A DNA stretch of 64,000 bases from Oscillospiraceae bacterium (GCA_017481565.1 JAFUOZ010000041.1:12351-76350), one strand, 5' to 3'. Positions 55,532 through 64,000 are shown, numbered from the stretch's first letter. Made by a program: numbers and translations. The notes: generated by a model from the letters alone, not told the origin.

Positions 55532-57397
55532 TTGAACAAGAAAACAATTATCAAGGCGGTATATGCCGTTATTATTGCGGCGGTGACATTCTTTCTTTCG
55601 TATTCACAGGAAATGTTTGAAGAGCCGCTTCTTAAGAAAACAGACAATATGCTTAAGGATGTGCTCTATCAGCAGGAGCTGCCTATAAGCCGTGATATAA
55701 AGATAATAGCGATAGATGATAAGACACTGGAAAAATACGGTCCTTTCGGTACGTGGTCAAGAAGTACTTATGCGGACCTTATAAATATACTTAATTCAAA
55801 CGAGGGGCTTGAACCTGCCGTTATCGGCTTTGATATAATGTTCTTCGGAAATATGGACGAGGAGGGCGACAGGCTCTTTGCGGAAACTGCGGAAAAGGCA
55901 GGAAATGTAGTGCTTTCCTCAAATATACTCTATAACGACTCAAAGATACTTACAGATGAAAACGGAAATGAATATATCGATACCATGTATATCGAAAACA
56001 TAGAATATCCCTATGAGGCGTTAAACAAGGCGGCTGAAAGCGGATTTGTAAATATCTCCGCAGACAATGACGGAGTTGTCCGCAGGATAATTCCTACGGT
56101 AACATTTAACGGGGAGACAAGGGACAGCTTCTCTAAGGTGATATATGAAAAATACTGTGCTTATCTTGGTGAGACACCCAATGAAATAATTACAGACAGA
56201 GACAACAGCATGACAGTGAGATTTACGGGCGCACCGGGAGATTACAGTGCAACCTCGCTTTGTGATGTGCTTGACGGTACTGCTGACCCCCGTAATTTTG
56301 CAGGGGCTGCAGTGCTTGTGGGAGCTTATGCGCAGGGTATGCAGGACGCACAGAGTGTTCCTACGTCTCATGAGCAGATGTACGGCGTTGAGATACACGC
56401 AAACGTTATTGAGGCTATGTATGAGGGAATCTTTCCTGTGCAGGCGGACAGGCTTGTCTGTGCCTTTATATCTGCTGTTATAGCGGCGCTGCTGTTTATA
56501 CTTATGAGCAATGTAAAGTTTGCGATAGTTACTGTGATAGCTGCTGCTGCTTTTGTGGGAGAGGTTTTTGCGGCGTATATGCTTTCGCAGAACAATGTGT
56601 TTGTTGACCTTGTTTATCTGCCGATCATGACCATAGTAAGCTATGTTGTTGTGGTAATTATGAATTACGTTGTTGAGCGTATCATAAGAAACAAGACCCT
56701 TAATGCATTCAAGAAATATGTTGACCCCAAGTTTATCAGGGATATGCAGAGAAGCGGCGGAGATTTTAAGATCGAGCTTGGCGGAGAAAGCAGGGAATGT
56801 GCGCTTCTGTTTGTTGACATCAGAGGCTTTACCGCTCTTTCGGAGTGTCTTACTCCAAAGGAGGTAGTACACGTACTGAATAAATACCTTAAGCTTACCA
56901 CTGATTCGGTAATAAATAACGGCGGTACGGTGGACAAGTTTGTAGGGGACTGTACCATGGCTATATTCAATGCTCCCTTTGACCTTGACGACTATGTATT
57001 CAAGGCTGTATGTGCAGGCTTTGATATTATTTCGGGAGATAAGGAATTCAATGAGCATATTGAAGAGGGACTTTCCGAAGAATCGGTAAGAAAGCTGAGA
57101 GAGCGTTGGGCAACGAGAACGGACAACGGCGTGGGTTTTGGTGTAGGAATACACTGCGGAGAGGCTGTTGTGGGAAATATCGGCTGTGATTTCCGTATGG
57201 ACTATACGGCGATAGGCGATACTGTAAATACAGCGGCAAGAATCGAAAGCGGAGCAAAGAAGGCGCAGCTTTGCATAAGCGGTGATGTATATGAGCTTGT
57301 GAAGGACAGAGTAGAGATAGACGGATATGAGGATAAGATGTTCAAGAATAAATCCGAGCCTGTAAGATGTTATTCGGTAGTCGGGGTTAAAAGGTAA
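55532..57397 (+). CDS. CHASE2-domain membrane sensor fused to a class III adenylate/guanylate cyclase domain
   Basis: N-terminal TM, ~300-aa extracytoplasmic region, 3 TM, then LLFVDIRGFTALSE, KFVGDCTMAIFNAP, GIHCGEAVVGNIG, DYTAIGDTVNTAARIES. TTG start after AAGGAG. Confidence 0.88.
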   Translation: MNKKTIIKAVYAVIIAAVTFFLSYSQEMFEEPLLKKTDNMLKDVLYQQELPISRDIKIIAIDDKTLEKYGPFGTWSRSTYADLINILNSNEGLEPAVIGFDIMFFGNMDEEGDRLFAETAEKAGNVVLSSNILYNDSKILTDENGNEYIDTMYIENIEYPYEALNKAAESGFVNISADNDGVVRRIIPTVTFNGETRDSFSKVIYEKYCAYLGETPNEIITDRDNSMTVRFTGAPGDYSATSLCDVLDGTADPRNFAGAAVLVGAYAQGMQDAQSVPTSHEQMYGVEIHANVIEAMYEGIFPVQADRLVCAFISAVIAALLFILMSNVKFAIVTVIAAAAFVGEVFAAYMLSQNNVFVDLVYLPIMTIVSYVVVVIMNYVVERIIRNKTLNAFKKYVDPKFIRDMQRSGGDFKIELGGESRECALLFVDIRGFTALSECLTPKEVVHVLNKYLKLTTDSVINNGGTVDKFVGDCTMAIFNAPFDLDDYVFKAVCAGFDIISGDKEFNEHIEEGLSEESVRKLRERWATRTDNGVGFGVGIHCGEAVVGNIGCDFRMDYTAIGDTVNTAARIESGAKKAQLCISGDVYELVKDRVEIDGYEDKMFKNKSEPVRCYSVVGVKR

Positions 57398-57402
57398 ATA
57401 TG

Positions 57403-57437
57403 CAATGCGCAATTCGTAATGTGTAATGCGCAATTAA
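57403..57437 (+). repeat. five YAATKCG heptads starting 6 nt after the cyclase stop codon
   Basis: CAATGCG CAATTCG TAATGTG TAATGCG CAATTAA. Confidence 0.6.
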
Positions 57438-57504
57438 AAAAGAGGCTGTAACAAAACGCCTTTATGCTCGCCCGTTGGTAAATCTAAACGGATAAGCTAA
57501 AAAA

Positions 57505-57539
57505 ATAACCGCTGTACAAACCCAATGTACAGCGGTTAT
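57505..57539. terminator. bidirectional terminator
   Basis: 14-bp stem ATAACCGCTGTACA / TGTACAGCGGTTAT, A-run upstream. Confidence 0.85.
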
Positions 57540-57541
57540 GA

Positions 57542-58324
57542 TCATTTATTAAGATATTTGGGGAAATTCTTTTCGATAAACTCAAAGGAGCGGAGCTGTT
57601 TTTCAATTCCTGTGACCTCTATAAGCACGGTGCAGTCGGCAAATTTTGTGTCATAAAGCTCAAAGAACCTGTTCCAGTCGATCTTTCCGTCGCCTAAGGC
57701 AAGATGAAGATCGGAGATAAGGTCGTTATCGTTGATGTGCAGATGCTTTGTAAAGGGAGCTACGGACATTGACCATTTTTCCGTTTCATGACCGAATACG
57801 GAGGCATGGGCATAATCATAGCATATACCGAAACGGTTGTGAGCTTTCAGATTTTCACCTAAACGGGCGATAAGCTCGGGAGTTTCATCAAACATATTTT
57901 CGATATATATCTTTTTGTCGGGGTAATCTTCAAGAATTTTTGTCCAGTAGGCGATATTCTTGCTGAGCCAGTCCTCACGGTAGCTTTCGGAAAGAAAATT
58001 CGCTATATAGTTGGTGTGGAATATTACCGCTTCCGCACCCATGCGCTGAGCGATATCCATACTCTGACGGACTCTCATATCGGATACTTCAAAAATGCGC
58101 TTGTCGGAGCTGAATACGGTAACATCCAAAAAAGCACCGTGAAGCGTTGAATGAGCAGGTACTCCCATGCTTAAATATGAGGAGATTATATTATCCGTAA
58201 GCGTCTTGTTATCTAGAACACGGGGCAGGAAAAAATCATTGTATTCAAATGCGGCATTATAACGCTCGGCAAGCTCTAAGGATGCGATAAGGTCGCATCG
58301 GTCGGGGATTATGTGAAATTTCAT
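57542..58324 (-). CDS. sugar phosphate isomerase/epimerase (xylose-isomerase-like TIM barrel)
   Basis: 260 aa. AVIFHTNY, IYIENMFD, ICYDYAHA, HLHINDND pattern of the AP-endonuclease-2/TIM-barrel family. Confidence 0.8.
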   Translation of the reverse strand: MKFHIIPDRCDLIASLELAERYNAAFEYNDFFLPRVLDNKTLTDNIISSYLSMGVPAHSTLHGAFLDVTVFSSDKRIFEVSDMRVRQSMDIAQRMGAEAVIFHTNYIANFLSESYREDWLSKNIAYWTKILEDYPDKKIYIENMFDETPELIARLGENLKAHNRFGICYDYAHASVFGHETEKWSMSVAPFTKHLHINDNDLISDLHLALGDGKIDWNRFFELYDTKFADCTVLIEVTGIEKQLRSFEFIEKNFPKYLNK

Positions 58325-58466
58325 AATTAATACACCTTTTTTATAGTAAATTTATATAATTTTATGATATGTAAATAAATTACAATATTATTATAACATG
58401 ATTATTCAAAAAAGTAAACACCTTTGATAAAAATAGTCCGGATTTTCTGTATTTTTAAAAAAACAG

Positions 58467-58495
58467 TTGAGTTTTTTCGCTGTATGGTGTATAAT
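58467..58495 (+). promoter_or_regulatory. candidate sigma-A promoter for the rhomboid gene
   Basis: TTGAGT, 17-nt spacer, TATAAT (58490-58495). Confidence 0.5.
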
Positions 58496-58528
58496 GAAAA
58501 TACATCAATACGGAAAGGACGATAAAAA

Positions 58529-59131
58529 ATGAAGAAAAAAACATCGGGCAAGGGATTCAATATCGGCTTTATAAGCTATAATTCCCCTGTGATACTTACC
58601 TTTACGCTGATCTCGCTGGCGGCACTGATACTTAATACGCTTACAGGCGGCTGGAGCAATATGAAGCTGTTTTCGGTGTATCGTGCGCCGCTGACAGATC
58701 CTCTGTTTTATCTGAGGCTGTTTACTCATTCGCTGGGTCATGCGGATCTGAGCCATTTTGTAAGTAATTTTACGCTGATACTGCTTATAGGACCTATCCT
58801 TGAAGAAAAATACGGCGGAAAGCCTCTTGTGCTTACAATGGTGCTTACTGCCTTTGTGACAGGACTTATCAATGTTATATTCTTTCCTCAGACTGCACTT
58901 CTGGGCGCAAGCGGTATCGCATTCATGCTGATAATCCTAGCATCGTTTACCAATACCGAGGATAAGAAAATACCGCTGACCTTTATTCTGGTTGCGTTTA
59001 TCTATCTGGGAGGAGAGATAATAAACGGTATCATCTCTGCCGATAATATCTCACAGATGGGACATATTATCGGTGGCTGCTGCGGTGCTGCGGCAGGTCA
59101 TCTTTTCGGTATCAAGAAGCTGAAGATATAA
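58529..59131 (+). CDS. rhomboid-family intramembrane serine protease
   Basis: Six TM helices. GASGIAF (GxSG) and MGHIIGG (catalytic His helix). Confidence 0.85.
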   Translation: MKKKTSGKGFNIGFISYNSPVILTFTLISLAALILNTLTGGWSNMKLFSVYRAPLTDPLFYLRLFTHSLGHADLSHFVSNFTLILLIGPILEEKYGGKPLVLTMVLTAFVTGLINVIFFPQTALLGASGIAFMLIILASFTNTEDKKIPLTFILVAFIYLGGEIINGIISADNISQMGHIIGGCCGAAAGHLFGIKKLKI

Positions 59132-59184
59132 TTCGCAATGCGTAAAGCGTAATTCGCAATGCGCAATGCGTAATGCGCAATTAA
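59129..59184 (+). repeat. eight YAATKCG heptads beginning exactly on the rhomboid stop codon
   Basis: TAATTCG CAATGCG TAAAGCG TAATTCG CAATGCG CAATGCG TAATGCG CAATTAA. Confidence 0.75.
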
Positions 59185-59220
59185 TTATTATTATTTTTCC
59201 TTTAGAGCTATAATTTACAA

Positions 59221-59252
59221 AAAGGCTTTGCACATCAGAATGCAAAGCCTTT
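59221..59252. terminator. terminator hairpin between the two heptad blocks
   Basis: AAAGGCTTTGCA-CATCAGAA-TGCAAAGCCTTT. Confidence 0.75.
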
Positions 59253-59274
59253 TGCAGATATATTGACTATTTTA

Positions 59275-59530
59275 AATTGCGAATTGCGAATTGTGAATTG
59301 CGAATTGCGAATTGTGAATTGCGAATTGCGAATTGTGAATTGCGAATTGCGAATTGCGAATTGCGAATTGCGAATTGCGAATTGTGAATTGCGAATTGTG
59401 AATTGCGAATTGCGAATTGCGCATTGTGAATTGCGCATTGCGAATTGCGAATTGCGAATTGCGAATTGCGAATTGTGAATTGCGCATTGCGAATTGCGCA
59501 TTGCGAATTGCGCATTGCGAATTGTGCATT
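59275..59530 (-). repeat. tandem heptanucleotide satellite, about 36 units (AATTGCG on the + strand = CGCAATT on the - strand)
   Basis: 256 bp of uninterrupted 7-bp periodicity. Units are AATTGCG (majority), AATTGTG, CATTGCG and CATTGTG. There are no spacers, so it is not CRISPR. It generates three to four artefactual NSQFAIR-type ORFs in the track. Confidence 0.95.
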
Positions 59531-59536
59531 ACATAA

Positions 59537-59570
59537 ACAGCCGCCGACTGTATGCATAGTCGGCGGCTGT
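59537..59570. terminator. terminator hairpin downstream of the 130-aa gene
   Basis: 13-bp stem ACAGCCGCCGACT / AGTCGGCGGCTGT, 8-nt loop. Confidence 0.8.
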
Positions 59571-59615
59571 TCATGCTTTTATAGGAGGTTAAAATGAAAA
59601 GAGATTATTTAAAGA

Positions 59616-60008
59616 TCAGAGAATGGAATCTATCCATTTGATAGCGTCTTCTTCGGTGCGGAAGGTGCCTTCCTGAATTGCGGCATTGGATTTTTTTCCG
59701 TGCTCCTTAGCCTGTGCACCTGTGATAAATGACGCAAAATTGACAAATGCCATAGCCTTGCAGTTTGAAGCCTCCAGCTTTTTATGAAGCTCGATAAGCT
59801 CGGTGCTTACATCGGGAGTAACGGGCGGCATTTTGCTTATATCGCATATATACGCCCAGCCTGTTGCCTTATAGGGTGCAGAAAGTGAAACCAGCTTGTC
59901 AGTAAGCCATTTTACCTCTGCTACGTTGGTAGCCGCATCGGCTGATGATTTGATGTATTTCTTTCCGGGGTATGTGGTTATAGTCTGTGCACCGTTATTA
60001 TAGGTCAT
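59616..60008 (-). CDS. hypothetical 130-aa cytoplasmic protein
   Basis: Clean ORF. AGGAGCGAGAT upstream of the ATG. No motif recognised. Confidence 0.65.
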   Translation of the reverse strand: MTYNNGAQTITTYPGKKYIKSSADAATNVAEVKWLTDKLVSLSAPYKATGWAYICDISKMPPVTPDVSTELIELHKKLEASNCKAMAFVNFASFITGAQAKEHGKKSNAAIQEGTFRTEEDAIKWIDSIL

Positions 60009-60334
60009 ATTATCTCGCTCCTTTATTGTGGTTTATTGTTATATATGGATTATAGCATATTTGTTCAGAATATGCAAGAGGTTTTTGTAAATATGTTGAA
60101 TTTTGTTATAAATGCACAAAATGACGGCTTGCTTTTTAGAATTACGAAAACGTATATATTTTAAGCTTCGTCCATAAATCATATTGTATGGAATTTGACG
60201 ATTTATTATTGAAAATATTGGAATATTTTGTTCTTGATTATATCTTGAAAATATGCTACAATAGTGGTGTATAACTATTGAACTATTATTATGATCCGCA
60301 ATAAGAAATGCGGAAGATTGGATTTTGATTTGCT

Positions 60335-62398
60335 ATGAAAAAATGGATGATCGAAAAGCCTGACAGGGCGTTATCCTCAGATATATCAAGAAAATGCTCA
60401 CTTTCAGCCTTGTCGGCAGATGTTCTGACTTCGAGAGGTATAGTCACATCGGAGCAGGCAGCCGCTTTTTTCGGTATGTTCGGTAAAAGGGATGAGCTGG
60501 GTCTTTATGATCCTTATGATATCGCCGATCTGCGCAGGGCTGCGGATATTATCTCCGAGGCTGCGGAGACGGGAGAGAAAATATGCATTTACGGCGATTA
60601 CGATTGTGACGGTATTATGTCTACTGCCGCTTTATATAATTATCTTTCCGAAACCGGTGCTGATGTTTCCTATTTCATAAATGAGCGCAAGGACGGATAT
60701 GGTCTTAATGCAGATAATATCAGAAAGCTTCATGAGCAGGGTGTACAGCTTATTATAACGGTGGATAACGGTATTTCCGCTGTTGAGGAGGCTGCGCTCT
60801 GCGCTGAGCTTGGCATCAGGCTTGTTATTACAGATCATCATACGCCGCCCCCTGAATTGCCTCAGGCTGAAGCGGTGGTGGATCCTCATATATGCTGTGA
60901 TGAGAACCGTGCGCCCTTCCGTTCGCTTTGCGGCTGCGGCGTTGTTATGAAGCTTATTGCGGCTATGGAATTCGGCGAGAGCAGTATCCCTGTTGAGATG
61001 ATGTCCGATCTGGCGGCGGTTGCTACTATTGGTGATATTATGCCCTTGGAGGACGAAAACAGGGTAATAGTCCGTCATGGTATGCATTACCTTGAAATAA
61101 CGGGAAATGTGGGAATGAGGGCGCTTATTGAGGCTTTATCCACATCTGCTGACGGAAAAAAGAGGAAATTTGAGGTCAATTCGAGAAATATTGCGTTTAT
61201 GATAGTTCCCCGTATCAATGCATCGGGACGTATGGGCTCGGCTATGGACGCAGCAGAGCTTTTTACTACCGAGGACGAGGAAAGAGCCGCTGAGCTTGCG
61301 GCAGAGCTTTGTTCGCTGAATGAAAAGCGCCGTTCTGCTGAAAATGCCATTATGAATGAGGCGGGAGCGCTTATGGCTGAAAAGCGTGACGTATTCGGTG
61401 CTGCGCCTGTGCTTGTTATCAGCGGAAAGGGCTGGCACAAGGGCGTTATCGGTATAACTGCCGCTAAGATATGCGAAAAAACAGGAAAGCCCGTTTTCAT
61501 GATATCGGTGGACGAGGAAGGAAACGGCACAGGCTCGGCAAGAGCGCCTGAGGGATATTCTGTATATGATGCGCTTTATTCCTGCCGTGAGCTGCTGACA
61601 AGATTCGGCGGTCACAAGGGGGCAGGCGGTTTTTCTCTTAAGGAGGAAAATATAGAAGCGTTCAGGGAGAAGCTTTGCAGAGAGGCAGAGGGGCTTTATT
61701 TTGAGCCTACAATAACGGCGGTAAAGCAGCTTGCTCCCAATGAGCTTACCGTTGAAGCGGTGGAAACTATGCGCAGGGAGCTGGAGCCCTTCGGTGAGGC
61801 AAATCCTGAGCCTGTATTCCTTGTTCCAAATGCGAGGATAACAGGTGTTCAGCCGCTTTCAGAGGGTAAATATACCAAGGTGACTGTAGATTTCGGCGGA
61901 AATATTATTACTTTTCCGATGTTTGATACGCCTGTAAGGGATTTTCCCTACAATGAAGGGGAAATAATAAATATAATGGGTATTCCCGATATAAACGAGT
62001 TCAGGGAGAAGAAGTCGGTGACTCTGAGAGTCTGCGATATGCGCAGATGCGGAGTAAATCAGCAGAAGCTCCTTAATGCAGAAAGGGAATACAATAAATT
62101 CAGAGGCGGCGCCGCTCCCGACCCGAAGCTTATTCCCATAATGCTTCCGAAAAGAGAGGATTATGCGGCGGTATATCGTGCGATACCTGAGGACAGGGCT
62201 GTTTCTGAGGATTACATATACAATAAATTCAGCGGCTCATATAACCTTTGTCTGCTTCATATAATCCTTGACGCATTTGAAGAGACGGAGCTTATAAGCC
62301 GTGACTGTGCCGCAGGCACAATAAAGAGAAAAAAGGTGGAAAACGGCAGAAAAGCCGATTTCACGGCAGCGCCTACAATAAAAAGGCTGACTATGTAA
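60335..62398 (+). CDS. recJ: single-stranded-DNA-specific exonuclease RecJ
   Basis: DHH motifs IYGDYDCDGI, ITVDNG, ITDHHTP. DHHA1 motif GGHKGAGG. Confidence 0.93.
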   Translation: MKKWMIEKPDRALSSDISRKCSLSALSADVLTSRGIVTSEQAAAFFGMFGKRDELGLYDPYDIADLRRAADIISEAAETGEKICIYGDYDCDGIMSTAALYNYLSETGADVSYFINERKDGYGLNADNIRKLHEQGVQLIITVDNGISAVEEAALCAELGIRLVITDHHTPPPELPQAEAVVDPHICCDENRAPFRSLCGCGVVMKLIAAMEFGESSIPVEMMSDLAAVATIGDIMPLEDENRVIVRHGMHYLEITGNVGMRALIEALSTSADGKKRKFEVNSRNIAFMIVPRINASGRMGSAMDAAELFTTEDEERAAELAAELCSLNEKRRSAENAIMNEAGALMAEKRDVFGAAPVLVISGKGWHKGVIGITAAKICEKTGKPVFMISVDEEGNGTGSARAPEGYSVYDALYSCRELLTRFGGHKGAGGFSLKEENIEAFREKLCREAEGLYFEPTITAVKQLAPNELTVEAVETMRRELEPFGEANPEPVFLVPNARITGVQPLSEGKYTKVTVDFGGNIITFPMFDTPVRDFPYNEGEIINIMGIPDINEFREKKSVTLRVCDMRRCGVNQQKLLNAEREYNKFRGGAAPDPKLIPIMLPKREDYAAVYRAIPEDRAVSEDYIYNKFSGSYNLCLLHIILDAFEETELISRDCAAGTIKRKKVENGRKADFTAAPTIKRLTM

Positions 62399-62411
62399 CG
62401 GAGGGAATTCT

Positions 62412-64000
62412 ATGCTGAAAAAATCCGAAACGGTATCTACCATTGATGTGCTTTTACAGAAGATCTTTGATGATGAAAAGCAGTATAATCTCAGCAAGAT
62501 CATTTCTGCATATGAATTTGCCGCAAAGGCTCATGCAAATCAGGTGAGATCATCGGGAGAGCCTTATATAACTCACCCTGTAGCTGTATCATATATCCTT
62601 CTGGAGCTGGGTATGGATACGGATACTATCTGTGCGGCTATGCTTCATGACGTGGTTGAGGATACAGATGTCACTCTTGAAGAGCTGAGAAAGCTTTTCG
62701 GTCAGGACGTTGCCATGCTGGTAGACGGTGTTACCAAGCTGGGAAAGATACCTCTGTTTACCAAGGAGGAGCAGCAGGCTGAGAATGTAAGAAAGATACT
62801 TCTTGCCATGTCTCAGGATATACGAGTTATCATCATAAAGCTCTGCGACAGGCTTCACAATATGAGGACTCTTGAATTCCGTCCCGCAAACAAGCAGAGG
62901 AATACTGCGCTTGAGACCATGAATATCTATGCGCCTATCGCTCACAGGCTGGGTATCAAGACCATTCAGGACGAGATAGAGGATCTGGCATTCAGATATC
63001 TTGACCCATATGCCTATGCGGAGATCGAACAGCAGATGAAGATCAAAAGCAATGAGCGTCAGGTATTTATCGAGTCTATCAAGAAGCAGATAACCGAAAG
63101 ATTTCAGAAAAACGGCTTTTCCTGTTCGCCTGTGCTTATGGGACGAGTAAAATCCGTTTACGGAATTTACAGAAAGACCTTCGTTCAGGGCAAGAACGTT
63201 GAGGAAATATACGATATATATGCGGTCAGGATAATCGTTCAGAATGTTATCGAGTGCTATAATGCCCTTGGTCTTATACACGATATGTTCACGCCTATAC
63301 CGAACCGATTCAAAGACTATATAGCTACGCCCAAGGCGAATATGTATCAGTCGCTGCATACTACCGTTATCGGCAGGGAGGGCGTTCCCTTTGAGGTGCA
63401 GATACGTACCGAGGATATGCACTATACCGCCGAATACGGTATCGCTGCCCACTGGAAATACAAGGAGGGCATCAAGGGCAAGGATAAGCTGGAAAGCAGG
63501 CTTGCATGGATAAGACAGATCATCGAGGCGCAGCAGGATACAGACGATGTTGAGGAGATCGTCCGCACTATCAAGTCGGATCTTGCTCCCGAGGACTGCT
63601 TTGCATTTACTCCCAAGGGAGATATGATAACTCTGCCCACAGGTGCTACTATAATAGATTTTGCCTATGCTATCCATACACAGGTAGGTAATAAGATGAA
63701 AGGCGCAAAGGTTGACGGAAAGCTTGTTTCCCTTGACCATGTGCTGAATACGGGAGAGATCGTTGAGATACTGACCTCTTCCGACCCTAATCACGGTCCA
63801 AACAGGGCATGGCTCAGTATATGCAAGACCAATGAAGCAAAGTCAAAGATACGCTCATGGTTCAAGAAGGAAAGACGTGAGGAAAATATCATAAACGGTA
63901 AGGCTGAGCTTGAAAGAGAATTCGGAAGAAACAATATCAATGTTCCTGCCGAGGATCTTAAGAGCTTCCTTGCAGATGATATGAAGCGTCATAACTGCGC
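62412..64000 (+). CDS. relA: bifunctional (p)ppGpp synthetase/hydrolase, N-terminal ~529 aa (3' end beyond the window; absent from the ORF track)
   Basis: My own translation from ATG 62412 (GGAGGG 7 nt upstream): MLKKSETVSTIDVLLQKIF...AHANQVRSSGEPYITHPVAVSYILLELGMDTDTICAAMLHDVVEDTD (HD domain). Later YIATPKANMYQSLHTTV and EVQIRTEDMH (synthetase). The frame stays open to base 64000. Confidence 0.92.
   Translation, partial: MLKKSETVSTIDVLLQKIFDDEKQYNLSKIISAYEFAAKAHANQVRSSGEPYITHPVAVSYILLELGMDTDTICAAMLHDVVEDTDVTLEELRKLFGQDVAMLVDGVTKLGKIPLFTKEEQQAENVRKILLAMSQDIRVIIIKLCDRLHNMRTLEFRPANKQRNTALETMNIYAPIAHRLGIKTIQDEIEDLAFRYLDPYAYAEIEQQMKIKSNERQVFIESIKKQITERFQKNGFSCSPVLMGRVKSVYGIYRKTFVQGKNVEEIYDIYAVRIIVQNVIECYNALGLIHDMFTPIPNRFKDYIATPKANMYQSLHTTVIGREGVPFEVQIRTEDMHYTAEYGIAAHWKYKEGIKGKDKLESRLAWIRQIIEAQQDTDDVEEIVRTIKSDLAPEDCFAFTPKGDMITLPTGATIIDFAYAIHTQVGNKMKGAKVDGKLVSLDHVLNTGEIVEILTSSDPNHGPNRAWLSICKTNEAKSKIRSWFKKERREENIINGKAELEREFGRNNINVPAEDLKSFLADDMKRHNC

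Noticed and set aside
56021-57433. 470-aa ORF on the minus strand.
   Set aside because: It is antisense to the CHASE2 class III cyclase gene, whose cyclase motifs are clear. The antisense product is Y/R/I/H-rich with no motifs or RBS. I treat it as a chance open frame.
59235-59574. Four overlapping ORFs encoding NSQFAIR / CELRIAN repeats; also considered a CRISPR array.
   Set aside because: They are translations of the 7-bp satellite in different frames and strands. The region has no unique spacers and a 7-bp rather than 25-40-bp period, so it is not CRISPR. No cas genes are in the window.
62589-63794. 401-aa ORF on the minus strand.
   Set aside because: It lies entirely antisense to an open frame that translates into an unmistakable RelA/SpoT protein (HD and synthetase motifs) starting at 62412. 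Its own sequence has no recognisable motif, and its composition is typical of antisense read-through (I/L/Y/R/K rich).
1-64000. Search for defence islands, toxin-antitoxin pairs, prophage or transposon remnants, tRNA and rRNA genes.
   Set aside because: I found no integrase, transposase, recombinase, restriction/modification, Cas, nuclease-NTPase or phage structural signatures among the translated ORFs, and no tRNA-like cloverleaf or rRNA sequence in the intergenic regions that I could read by eye. The putative immunity-type genes (SUKH, SUFU-like) have no partner toxins here.

Overview
This is a chromosomal segment from a moderately AT-rich Firmicute. Gene content, synteny and protein sequences look like Clostridia (Oscillospiraceae/Ruminococcus-like), but that assignment is inference only. 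I support about 55 protein genes. I found no rRNA or tRNA genes, no transposase or integrase, no CRISPR array and no recognisable defence or toxin genes.

Core blocks: the 3' end of metG; rnj; gdpP-[SUFU-like gene]-rplI-dnaB-tilS-ftsH-recG; mreBCD; rsmD-coaD; coaX plus an ECF S component; aroE-fabD, divergent from fabH-fabK-fabG-fabF-accB-fabZ-accC-[four Zn-ribbon membrane paralogues]-accD-accA-acpP; and recJ-relA (relA runs off the 3' end and is missing from the ORF track).

Accessory content: cytoplasmic SGNH/CE2-type esterases, a GH36 alpha-galactosidase, a clan GH-A-like hydrolase, a GH9-like protein lacking the DAGD catalytic motif, and a lipoprotein esterase. There is also an unusually dense set of nucleotide second-messenger genes: gdpP, three GGDEF/EAL proteins, a CHASE2 class III cyclase and relA.

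Most interesting signals:
1. Four tandem, recently duplicated zinc-ribbon/membrane genes sit between accC and accD inside the fatty-acid synthesis operon.
2. A roughly 118-bp imperfect-palindrome element family shows compensatory arm substitutions. One degraded copy is translated in frame inside a diguanylate cyclase gene.
3. A dispersed YAATKCG heptad satellite usually starts at or just after stop codons. It includes an array of about 36 units that forms an inverted pair around a terminator.
4. The mreC Shine-Dalgarno sequence points to a non-canonical ATC start.
5. RNase J carries an N-terminal low-complexity extension of about 165 aa and sits behind a leader of about 500 nt driven by a consensus promoter.

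All functional calls rest on motif recognition by eye. No database search was run.
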